64,000 nt of DNA from Spirochaetaceae bacterium (lineage in GTDB: Bacteria; Spirochaetota; Spirochaetia; DSM-2461), in the NCBI GenBank assembly GCA_051531975.1, contig JAOPTT010000009.1, forward strand, positions 384,001-448,000. Direction: 5' to 3'. Below, in pieces: positions 30,659 through 39,670 of this stretch. The first letter of the stretch is position 1, and every line of letters starts with the position of its first letter. The position numbers and the translations under genes were made by a program. Under the pieces are notes generated by a model. It saw only the letters and a list, made by a program, of their open reading frames with translations. It did not search any database and was not told the origin of the DNA.

Positions 30659-32845
30659 TCAGCAAACCTCAACTCTATTTCTACCATTTTTTTTAGCTTT
30701 ATATAGAGCTTTATCAGCCCTTGAAATAATATCTAAATGATTGTCACCATCTTTATAAGTCGTAATACCAATACTAGCCGTAATTTTTCGAACATCTGTA
30801 ATAAATGTTGATTCTATCTTTGTACGAAGGTTTTCTGAAAGAGTTAAAAGTCCTGCCTCAGTAATTGATGAGCAAATAATTAAGAACTCTTCACCACCCC
30901 ATCTTCCTAATATATCAATCTCTCTGATTCTATTCTTTAGAATTCCAGCAAACTCCTTAAGTGTTGTATCTCCAATATTATGCCCATAAGTATCATTAAC
31001 TCTTTTGAACAGATCTATATCGATTAAGATAATACCCATAGTATGATTATGCCGTTTAGCTTTTAGCAGCTCTACTTCTAATACTTTATTAAGCTTGTTT
31101 CTATTATAAATAAGAGTTAGAGGGTCTATTAATGCCATCCTTTTTAATTCTATTTGTAATAAACTTAAACTTTCCATAGCTTTGTGTGTTTTATGTTCTG
31201 AAATTGAAAGTTTACGATTCCAAAATAGCGTAATAAATAATAAAAAGATTAAACTTAGCCCCACCTTTGTAATAGTGCTATAATCTACTCTTTCTGATAA
31301 AACTATTGCGATCCACCTATTTACTATTTGATTTTTCTCTTCTTCGGTTATACTTCTTAACGCTTTTTGAATTATTGAGTAGAGAATTTTATTATTTTTT
31401 GCAGTTGCAATTTTTAGTTCCATCTGTTCATTTTTAATAAGTGCTGAAATTTTTATATCTAATTTATATTCATCTTGTAAATGGTAAGATACAACTGCAG
31501 ATGAGTCGATATATCCATAAGCAATACCATCTCTTAGAGCTTTGAAACCATCCTCTATATTATCCACTTCTGAAATATTAAAATTTCTGTTTATTAAGGT
31601 TTGGCCAATAGAGCTGTCTTTTATAACCAAAAAAGTTTCGTCTATTAAAGTATTAATATCATTGATAAAAAGTTTTTCATTGGTTGTCACTACCACATAT
31701 GGAAAAGATAGATATGGTTCTGTATAGTTAAACCCTTCAATTACATCCGATGGATTTTCGGTTATTGTTATTAAATCAGCATCACCATTTTGAACTGCAC
31801 TTAACTCTTCTGACAGTGAGTTCGTTGGATAAAGTTCAAATACAATACCGATTTTATCAGAAAGTAACTTCATATAATCGTATACGATACCTTTAGGTTC
31901 TTGGTCAGTAATAATTAACTCAAATGGTGGAGCATTACTTTCCATACCCATACGTATCACACTCTTTTGGCTAAGATAGCTTAACTCTTCTCCTGTGAAT
32001 GTAAGTTCCATATCATCATTTAATTTAGTGACATCACTAAAAGTGAACCATTTTTTCCGTATTCTATATTTATCATTTTCACTTAAAGAATCTAGTACTT
32101 TGTTGAATATTGAGACTAATTCAGGCCACTCATTATTTAAAGAGAAACAGAGATCATATGGTTCATCAATAGGAAAAGCAACTTCAATTAGTCCACCCAT
32201 ACCAATCATAGAAGCTACGTAGAATGCAGTTTCATCTAAAATGGTATAATCCACTTCATTATTTACAACCATTCGAATCATATCGTAAATATCTTTTACA
32301 TATTGAATATCTACATCTTTATCTATGCCTTTTATGATATTGATAAAAAACTCATTTCCTATTTGTACTGAGGCTCTATGATCGATAAGATCTTCAATTT
32401 TAGTAAATTTATCGGAGTTACCTTTTTTTACAATTACAACAGGCTGTATCGTAACATAAGAGCTTGACTGGTTATAATATTTTTCACGTTCGGTATTATA
32501 AGTTTTGCTTGTGGTACTTAGACCATCAAACTCTCTATTACGGGATCTATTTTGTATGTCCTTCCAATTACCTAATTCAAAATTTATATTTAGTCCGGTT
32601 TTATTAGTAATTATTTCAGTAATTTCAGCGTCAAAACCACCTATGGAACCATCTATATTTTGAATTAAAAAAGGTTCAAAAGACAAGCTTCCACCTAACT
32701 TTATTTGTGGATGTTCAAAGATGAATTGACGCTCTTTTTTTGTTAGAGTTATATTAGTTTCTAGGCTAAAAAGCGGTAGTGTTGGCAGGCACAATATTGT
32801 AGATGTATATATAAGAAACAAGAAACTTTTTAACACTAATATCAA
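30659..32845 (-). CDS. Membrane diguanylate cyclase with two periplasmic binding-protein domains
   Basis: Two BvgS-like SBP repeats, a TM segment, DPLT, DIDLFKRVNDTYGH, an RxxD I-site (REID) and GGEEF. Confidence 0.93.
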   Translation of the reverse strand: MILVLKSFLFLIYTSTILCLPTLPLFSLETNITLTKKERQFIFEHPQIKLGGSLSFEPFLIQNIDGSIGGFDAEITEIITNKTGLNINFELGNWKDIQNRSRNREFDGLSTTSKTYNTEREKYYNQSSSYVTIQPVVIVKKGNSDKFTKIEDLIDHRASVQIGNEFFINIIKGIDKDVDIQYVKDIYDMIRMVVNNEVDYTILDETAFYVASMIGMGGLIEVAFPIDEPYDLCFSLNNEWPELVSIFNKVLDSLSENDKYRIRKKWFTFSDVTKLNDDMELTFTGEELSYLSQKSVIRMGMESNAPPFELIITDQEPKGIVYDYMKLLSDKIGIVFELYPTNSLSEELSAVQNGDADLITITENPSDVIEGFNYTEPYLSFPYVVVTTNEKLFINDINTLIDETFLVIKDSSIGQTLINRNFNISEVDNIEDGFKALRDGIAYGYIDSSAVVSYHLQDEYKLDIKISALIKNEQMELKIATAKNNKILYSIIQKALRSITEEEKNQIVNRWIAIVLSERVDYSTITKVGLSLIFLLFITLFWNRKLSISEHKTHKAMESLSLLQIELKRMALIDPLTLIYNRNKLNKVLEVELLKAKRHNHTMGIILIDIDLFKRVNDTYGHNIGDTTLKEFAGILKNRIREIDILGRWGGEEFLIICSSITEAGLLTLSENLRTKIESTFITDVRKITASIGITTYKDGDNHLDIISRADKALYKAKKNGRNRVEVC

Positions 32846-32989
32846 CCTTAGTTTATTAAGTATATATTTATTGTAGGGCTTAATTTAGTGTAAGTCCAGT
32901 TTTTATAATAGGTTCAACCTGGTAATGAAACCTAGTAATCCTATTTCAATATATTTGAAATTATATTAAATCAGACTATAATATATAAT

Positions 32990-34489
32990 ATGGAAATAGA
33001 AGATTCAGATTACAAGAAGATAAAAGAAAAATATAACCCTTTTATACCACCACTAAAAAAGATGATTAAAAGATCTGGGTTTATAAATTATCTATTCTTT
33101 CATAGATCAAAAATAATCAAGTGGAATAATAATTCTGATCTAATACTTTTTAAATATTTAGGTCTTAAAGTAATGTTAGCAGAAGATTTTAAAAATAGGT
33201 TAGACATGATCTTCTATAACGATCTTTTTAAACTTTCTAATCATTTGAATATTTTAATAGCTCGTGGTTGGAAAATGAATTTTATCTCAATACAAGATTA
33301 TAATATTCTTATTAACTTTAAAAATCTTTATGATAGATTTTATCAGGTCGCCAGATCTGGAGACATTATTAAGCAAGATTTTTTAAATTTAGAGAGGGCT
33401 TATATAAAAATAATCTATAGACAGTCCTATATTGATGCTGTTATATCAGTTTTTGAGAAATATCTAATCACAAATAATAATCTATATATTGATCAGCCAG
33501 AAAAATATGATGTTTTAATGAATGGTCTAAAACATCTTTTTGCTAAAAGCTCTCTACCACACTCTCTACGGGAGCTTATTCTAGCCTATAATATTACAAG
33601 TCTTCAGGGATTTTACCGGTGGGGAGAACTATTTCCACCAATATCTACAGAGGTTGTTCAGAGCGAGTGGTATAACTGCGATAGAGAGGTATATACCAAT
33701 CTTATAAACTATTACAAAGAGATTAAAAAGAGTACAAAATCTTTAACTAAAGATAGGAATAAATTATTAAGACTAAAAAATAATTGTGTTATTGATAAGG
33801 ATATAGCTCCACCAATACTTGTTAATTTTTATGAGAGAGAAAATCATAATTGGGAATTAGATAATTCAAGTTATTATTTGCAGTTTTTAGTTATTGTTGG
33901 GGATATAACTAAGCATTTTGATCAGTTTATTCTTGAAGAGTGGGAGATGATGAATGAGAGAGAGGAGTTAATTAAGCAGAGGTTAATAAGAGACGACGAG
34001 TTGCCTTCACTTCATAGAAAACTTAAAAGAGAAGTTGATATGGCATTTGTAATTTTTAATGCAGATACAGGCCAGACTATCTCTGTAACTGAATATAGGT
34101 CAGATTCTAATCCAATATCACTGATAAAATCAGAACAACAAAAGAATCTATTTTCTTATTTTGAAGTAATACTTGATACTCTTTATGATATATCATTTGG
34201 AATCCTGGGCTATGGGGATCTTGCCATAGAATCTGGTTATACTAAAAATTCATATCTTAATTTTATGTTGGTATCCCCAGAGTTATGGATGGGAAAACCT
34301 ATCTTCTCAATTTTTAATTATTATGTAGAACTAATATGGACGATTTGTGGTTATTTTAATCATAAAGATTTTAAATATTTAGATGAGAATTTAGTAGAAA
34401 TTGAAACGAAGTTACAAGAGATGGAATCTGAAATGAATAGAATTGATACATTTAAAATATTAGATAAAACGGTTGCAGTAGAAAAATGA
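32990..34489 (+). CDS. Hypothetical cytoplasmic protein, probably helical
   Basis: 499-aa ORF with no motif I recognise; ATGA overlap with the next gene. Confidence 0.7.
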   Translation: MEIEDSDYKKIKEKYNPFIPPLKKMIKRSGFINYLFFHRSKIIKWNNNSDLILFKYLGLKVMLAEDFKNRLDMIFYNDLFKLSNHLNILIARGWKMNFISIQDYNILINFKNLYDRFYQVARSGDIIKQDFLNLERAYIKIIYRQSYIDAVISVFEKYLITNNNLYIDQPEKYDVLMNGLKHLFAKSSLPHSLRELILAYNITSLQGFYRWGELFPPISTEVVQSEWYNCDREVYTNLINYYKEIKKSTKSLTKDRNKLLRLKNNCVIDKDIAPPILVNFYERENHNWELDNSSYYLQFLVIVGDITKHFDQFILEEWEMMNEREELIKQRLIRDDELPSLHRKLKREVDMAFVIFNADTGQTISVTEYRSDSNPISLIKSEQQKNLFSYFEVILDTLYDISFGILGYGDLAIESGYTKNSYLNFMLVSPELWMGKPIFSIFNYYVELIWTICGYFNHKDFKYLDENLVEIETKLQEMESEMNRIDTFKILDKTVAVEK

Positions 34490-34875
34490 AAGATTATATA
34501 TTAAGTAGTCAGTACTATTTTATTAAAGTTTTAATTATTGACGAAGTTCTATACACAAAGCGAAATCTGTCAAAAGAGTTTCGAGATATAGGTTGTTTTG
34601 TTTTTTCAGCTAATAGTGGAGCAGATGCTATAGATAAAATTAAAAAGTACAAACCAGATATTATAACAATAAACCGTGACCTAACCGATATGACAATGGA
34701 ATGCCTAATAAACCAAGTTTTAACTTTTGTTAGTAGAGCTTCTACTAAAATAATATTAGTGACTACTAAAAAAGATGACCAGCCTAAACTACCCCCATAT
34801 ATTGATGGTTTTATCAGTCTTCCAATATCAAAGCAAGATCTAGAAAACCTTGTTAATAGGAATTGTTATCGGTAA
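34486..34875 (+). CDS. Stand-alone receiver-domain protein (degenerate)
   Basis: KVLIIDE, ANSGADAI and KPDIITIN fit the receiver fold; phosphoacceptor Asp appears replaced by Asn and KP by LP. Confidence 0.75.
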   Translation: MKDYILSSQYYFIKVLIIDEVLYTKRNLSKEFRDIGCFVFSANSGADAIDKIKKYKPDIITINRDLTDMTMECLINQVLTFVSRASTKIILVTTKKDDQPKLPPYIDGFISLPISKQDLENLVNRNCYR

Positions 34876-35105
34876 AGGCTAGAAATATAGGTTAAATATT
34901 CGTCAAAAATACGAAAAAAATAAAATAAATTGTGTTTGTAGATAAAACCCCCTATAATTTCATATTAGGAACTCAATATAAAGAGTCTTTTAACATTATT
35001 CATTATAGTTATGCTATTACTTGCTTTAGATTAACTATTGATGAAAAAAAGATAACTCTAGATTTATCATTAGTTATCTATCTTTAGTAGGGATAAAATT
35101 GAATT

Positions 35106-35939
35106 ATGGAAAACAGAGGATTTTTTAGTAAAGGAATTATAGAATTAAAAGAATCTAATTATAAAAGTATTGAGGATATTACATTTTCAAAACTTTTGTT
35201 TTTAGTATTAAACAGACAGATTGGGATAGAGAAGTCAATAATAATAGATTTTACCCCCTCTTTTCCAATCTCTCTTAAACCTGAATATCAATATGAAATT
35301 TTTATTTCAAAACATCTAAAATATTTTAAGGATTTTTTAACAGAAATGGGTCTAGAAAGCATTTCATATTCAAATATTGACTTTGAATTACCTGAAGATG
35401 ATACTACAAAAATCGTTAAAAATGTAAAAAAGACATTACTATTATCGGCATTTAGTTTTTATAAACTAATTGACTCCTATGTTAATAAACATGTAAATAG
35501 TTCCTACCTAATTCATCAATTGCATGACAATACGGTATGCGAATCACAACATATTGTTGATAAGAGTGGATTGGCCTTTCCAGACTATTATGAGCCACTA
35601 TCAGGTGAGCTTTTTAATGAAAAACTAAATGACTTTAATTACGAATTATCTCTAGTATATAAAAATTATACATTAACCGATAAAGGTGAACTTATAAAAA
35701 AAGAGTTTATAAAAAAAGCTGTTTACGATTGCATTAACTGTAATCTATGTAATAAAAATTGTCCTTTAAATATCTATCCACAATTCTATTATCACTATTT
35801 AGAAGCCGATTTTATTGAGGATGTAGAAAAGCTTCTTATCACAAAATGTAATACCTGTGGAATATGTTCATTTGTATGCCCATCTAATATTCCAATTACC
35901 CAAAAGATATCAGAATATTTGAATGAGAGGGAGGAGTAA
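35106..35939 (+). CDS. Shortened RnfC-like 2x[4Fe-4S] protein
   Basis: C-terminal CINCNLCNKNCP and CNTCGICSFVCPSNIP as in RnfC. Only 277 aa, with no recognisable FMN/NADH-binding motifs. Confidence 0.7.
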   Translation: MENRGFFSKGIIELKESNYKSIEDITFSKLLFLVLNRQIGIEKSIIIDFTPSFPISLKPEYQYEIFISKHLKYFKDFLTEMGLESISYSNIDFELPEDDTTKIVKNVKKTLLLSAFSFYKLIDSYVNKHVNSSYLIHQLHDNTVCESQHIVDKSGLAFPDYYEPLSGELFNEKLNDFNYELSLVYKNYTLTDKGELIKKEFIKKAVYDCINCNLCNKNCPLNIYPQFYYHYLEADFIEDVEKLLITKCNTCGICSFVCPSNIPITQKISEYLNEREE

Positions 35940-36853
35940 TGGATATACATAAAAGAAACGATCTATTGCTAATAAGTAGCTTGGCTTTATTAAACGTTGG
36001 GTCATTATTAAAATATGGATATAAAAGAATCGTTTTAATATCAATAATAATTATTATAGCTAAACTATTTGAAATAGTTGTGAGGGGCATTACAAAAAGT
36101 AATCGAAATTTCTCACCAATATGGATCTTACTTATATCCCCTCTGATATTACCTCCACTACTACCGACGTATATGGTTGTTAGTTCAGTAATTTTTGGTT
36201 TATTAATTGGAGTAGTTTTTTTTGGAGGAGAAGGTCGAGAAATAATATCGCCTATTGCTCTTATTTGGGGTTTTGCAGCACTAAGTTTTCCTGTTATATA
36301 TAATCAGAGTTGGGTATTCCCATTTCCAGGTATATCTCTAGATATCTCTAGGGATTTAGCAACCATGCCACTATTTGAAAACCATATTGAGTTTGTTAAA
36401 ACTTCTAATATAGATATCTATAATTTTCTTACAGGTAATATCCCGGGAACTCCAGGATCTGCAATACCAATATTGATTATTATAATTGGTATTATATTTG
36501 CTATATTTAAAATAATAGATCTGAAGCTTTGTCTTACATTTATTATTTCAACTATTCTAATATCAACATTTATAGTTTATGGAAGTTTTGTAGATTCTTT
36601 AAAATATCTGCTTTCTGGAAATTTCCTTCTAGTGGCTTTTATTATTTTACCTTTAAAAAAACATGGACCTAAAACAACTGGTGGAAGTTATATTATTGGG
36701 ATTTTAGGTGCAATACTTCTTTTAACCATAAATAGATTCTCAAGTTATTTTGATGGTTCACTGTTTACTGTTTTGATTCTTAATATATTCATTCCTATTA
36801 TTGATGATGCTGTTCTTAAATTTAAAGTGATCAAGAGGGGGAAATATGCTTAA
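35939..36853 (+). CDS. rnfD: RnfD/NqrB-family membrane subunit (divergent)
   Basis: LILPPLLP, FFGGEGREIISP, FLTGNIPGTPG, GPKTTGG and LILNIFIPIID; second gene of the cluster. Confidence 0.8.
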   Translation: MDIHKRNDLLLISSLALLNVGSLLKYGYKRIVLISIIIIIAKLFEIVVRGITKSNRNFSPIWILLISPLILPPLLPTYMVVSSVIFGLLIGVVFFGGEGREIISPIALIWGFAALSFPVIYNQSWVFPFPGISLDISRDLATMPLFENHIEFVKTSNIDIYNFLTGNIPGTPGSAIPILIIIIGIIFAIFKIIDLKLCLTFIISTILISTFIVYGSFVDSLKYLLSGNFLLVAFIILPLKKHGPKTTGGSYIIGILGAILLLTINRFSSYFDGSLFTVLILNIFIPIIDDAVLKFKVIKRGKYA

Positions 36854-37433
36854 AGATCTAAAAATGATTCTGTTTCTTGTAATACTCTCTTCTACTTCTA
36901 TTTTACTTTTGGCATATGTTAATACTATTTATTTAGGTTTTGAAGGGGAAAGATCATTAGATCTATATAGACTCATTATGGATAAATATCAAATTTCCTA
37001 CGGTGATGATGTATTGGATACTTTTAGCAGTAATTTTAATATAATAACCAGAGGGGATAGAAAATATTTTGTTTCTCAAACTAATAGATCAGGTTCTGTT
37101 GTTTTAGTAAGAGAAGGCCCTGGTTTATGGAGTATATTAGAACTTCTGATTATTGTTCAAAGTGATCTTAAATCTCTAGAATCGATTACAGTATTATCCC
37201 AGGGAGAGACTCCTGGTCTTGGTGGGAGAGTTACCGAGAGGGAATTTTTGGATCAATTCGAAAATATTTTAGTTAGACCCCAATTATCCATTGTTAAAAG
37301 AGCAAAAAAAGATAATGAAGTTGATGCAATTTCTGGAGCTACAGCTACAAGTAAAGGTGTCGAAGATATAATAAACATTGCCATTTCATTTTTAGACAAA
37401 GATATTAGGGAGGAACTAAATGTCCCAGAATAA
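36846..37433 (+). CDS. rnfG: RnfG/NqrC-family FMN-binding subunit
   Basis: N-terminal anchor, GPGLWS, ETPGLG, and an intact flavinylation motif DAISGAT (37323-37343). Confidence 0.88.
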   Translation: MLKDLKMILFLVILSSTSILLLAYVNTIYLGFEGERSLDLYRLIMDKYQISYGDDVLDTFSSNFNIITRGDRKYFVSQTNRSGSVVLVREGPGLWSILELLIIVQSDLKSLESITVLSQGETPGLGGRVTEREFLDQFENILVRPQLSIVKRAKKDNEVDAISGATATSKGVEDIINIAISFLDKDIREELNVPE

Positions 37434-38028
37434 AGTTGATATACTAAAGGATGGTATTTGGGCTAATAATCCAATTTTTAGAATGGCCTTAGGTCTGTGT
37501 TCTACTTTAGCTGTTACTAATTTACTTTTAAATACACTTATTATGGCAGCTGCTGTAACAGTAACATTGATTTTAAACTCAATAATAGTTTCTGCTTTAA
37601 GAAATATAATCCCTGAAAAGATAAGAATGATTAGTTATATGATTATTACTTCAGCACTGGTAATAATTATAGATATGGTTATTAAGATCTACTACCCGGA
37701 GATTAGTAAACAACTAGGACCATATGTTGCCCTAATTATTACTAACTGTATTATTATGGGTAGAGCAGAGGCTTTCGCAATAAATAATGGAGTGGTAGAT
37801 AGCTTTTTAGATGCAGTTTCTATAGGTATTGGGTACTCTTTATCTCTAATTGCCTTAGCGATTGTTCGGGAACTTTTAGGATTTGGAACACTTCTTGGAT
37901 ACACAGTAACCAAGGATCTTTTTGCTCCATTTAATCTTCTAAGTATTCCTCCCGGAGCCTTTTTTATGCTGGGAATATTTATTTTAATTGTTAATACTAT
38001 AACTAATAGAAAAGGAGGCCAGGAATGA
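37420..38028 (+). CDS. rnfE: RnfE/NqrD-family membrane subunit
   Basis: NNPIF, LGLCSTLAVT, LIITNCIIMGRAEAFA, RELLGFG, PPGAF. Confidence 0.92.
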   Translation: MSQNKVDILKDGIWANNPIFRMALGLCSTLAVTNLLLNTLIMAAAVTVTLILNSIIVSALRNIIPEKIRMISYMIITSALVIIIDMVIKIYYPEISKQLGPYVALIITNCIIMGRAEAFAINNGVVDSFLDAVSIGIGYSLSLIALAIVRELLGFGTLLGYTVTKDLFAPFNLLSIPPGAFFMLGIFILIVNTITNRKGGQE

Positions 38029-38600
38029 ATTTTTTACTGATTCTTTTTGTTTCAATGATTACTGGGAATATAGCATTAACCTACTTTTTAGGAATGTGTC
38101 CTTTTGTTTCAATGTCAAAAAAAATTGAAGTTGCTACTGGTATGGGATTAGCTGTTACACTTGTTATGGTGATTACAGCTGGAGCCAACTATTTAATAAA
38201 TACTTACATCCTAAAACCAATGGGTCTTGAGTTTTTAAGCTTTCTTGTTTTTATAGTTACAATTGCAACACTAGTTCAAATATTAGAGATCTATATAGAT
38301 CGGTATGCACCTCTTCTTTATGCATCATTTGGTATATTTTTACCTCTAATAACTGTTAACTGCTCAATTTTAGGTGTCTCTTTATTAATGAACCTACGAT
38401 CTTATACCTTAGCAGAGACACTTGTGTTTTCTTTAGGTTCTGGTCTTGGTTGGTTATTAGCTATTATTACAATGGGAGCTTTAAGAAGAAGGTTGGCATT
38501 TTCAACCCCACTTAAAGGTTTTGGCGATACTGGTATTACTGCAATTTTGGCAGGTATAATGGCTATGGCTTTTATGGGATTTTCGGGGGTAGGTAGATGA
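38025..38600 (+). CDS. rnfA: RnfA/NqrE-family membrane subunit
   Basis: FLGMCPF, LVQILE, GIFLPLITVNC, MAFMGFSG. Confidence 0.92.
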   Translation: MNFLLILFVSMITGNIALTYFLGMCPFVSMSKKIEVATGMGLAVTLVMVITAGANYLINTYILKPMGLEFLSFLVFIVTIATLVQILEIYIDRYAPLLYASFGIFLPLITVNCSILGVSLLMNLRSYTLAETLVFSLGSGLGWLLAIITMGALRRRLAFSTPLKGFGDTGITAILAGIMAMAFMGFSGVGR

Positions 38601-39670
38601 TTCTAAATGCTCTTCTTTTTATAAATATATTTTCTGTTGTTATATGTTTAATAATTATCTTCTTAGATAGGGTTATATCAAATTATGGTATTTTAAAGGT
38701 AAATATAAACGACGAAGAGACTTTTGAAGTTAATGGTGGGAAACCCCTTTCTAAAGAGCTTATACATAATAAAATACTTATTCCTTCAGCATGTGGTGGT
38801 AAGGGAACCTGTGGCTTTTGTAAGTTAAGGGTTGTAGAAGGTGGAGGAACTGTTTTACCTCTAGAGAGGACTATCTTAGATAGAAAAGAGATCTCTAATG
38901 GTTTTAGGCTTTCTTGTCAGGTAAAAGTTCGAGAGGACTTAAAAATATATATTCCAGACGAGTATTTTAATATAAAAGAGTATAATGCCATTGTTACAAC
39001 TTCTGATATGGTAACATCTGATATTAAAAAAATAAATTTAAAATTACTTGAACCAACGGATATAACTTTTAAACCAGGGCAGTATGTCCAGGTCCACTTC
39101 GGAGTTGGAAAAAACAGTGAAATTAGAGCATACTCAATATCTTCTAGCCCTGATGTTCACGATAGTGTTGAACTTAATATTAAAAAAATACCGGAAGGTT
39201 TAGGTTCTGGATTTCTACATAAATTAAAAGTTAATGATAAAATTACTATTTCAGGTCCATATGGAGACTTCTACCTTAAAGAATCAAAGGCAAAAATAAT
39301 ATGTGTCTCTGGAGGAGTTGGATTAGCACCATTAAAATCTATTGCAGCATATTGGGAGAATAATTGTCCAGATAGGATAATTGACTTTTATTATGGAGCA
39401 AGAACAATAGCAGACTTATATGATCATGAACTCTTTCTTGATTATGAAAGAAAATATGAGAACTTTAATTATTACCCTGCATTGTCAGATGCAGATGATA
39501 ATTGGACTGGTGCTACAGGTTTTATTCATAACATTATTAAACAACATCTTGATACTGATGGAGAAAAAGAAGGTTATCTTTGTGGTCCACCAATTATGAT
39601 AGATGCATCTATAAAAGTATTAATAGAAAAGGGAGTCCACATTGAAAAGATCTGGTATGACAAGTTTTAA
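38597..39670 (+). CDS. nqrF: NqrF-like membrane-anchored [2Fe-2S]/FAD/NAD(P)H oxidoreductase
   Basis: N-terminal TM; PSACGGKGTCGFC...RLSCQ; RAYSISS; GPYGDF; GGVGLAP; YGAR; YLCGPP; ends YDKF. Confidence 0.85.
   Translation: MILNALLFINIFSVVICLIIIFLDRVISNYGILKVNINDEETFEVNGGKPLSKELIHNKILIPSACGGKGTCGFCKLRVVEGGGTVLPLERTILDRKEISNGFRLSCQVKVREDLKIYIPDEYFNIKEYNAIVTTSDMVTSDIKKINLKLLEPTDITFKPGQYVQVHFGVGKNSEIRAYSISSSPDVHDSVELNIKKIPEGLGSGFLHKLKVNDKITISGPYGDFYLKESKAKIICVSGGVGLAPLKSIAAYWENNCPDRIIDFYYGARTIADLYDHELFLDYERKYENFNYYPALSDADDNWTGATGFIHNIIKQHLDTDGEKEGYLCGPPIMIDASIKVLIEKGVHIEKIWYDKF

Noticed and set aside
35106..39670. Canonical Rnf or canonical Na+-NQR
   Set aside because: No RnfB polyferredoxin and no NqrA. 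The first gene is RnfC-like and the sixth is NqrF-like.
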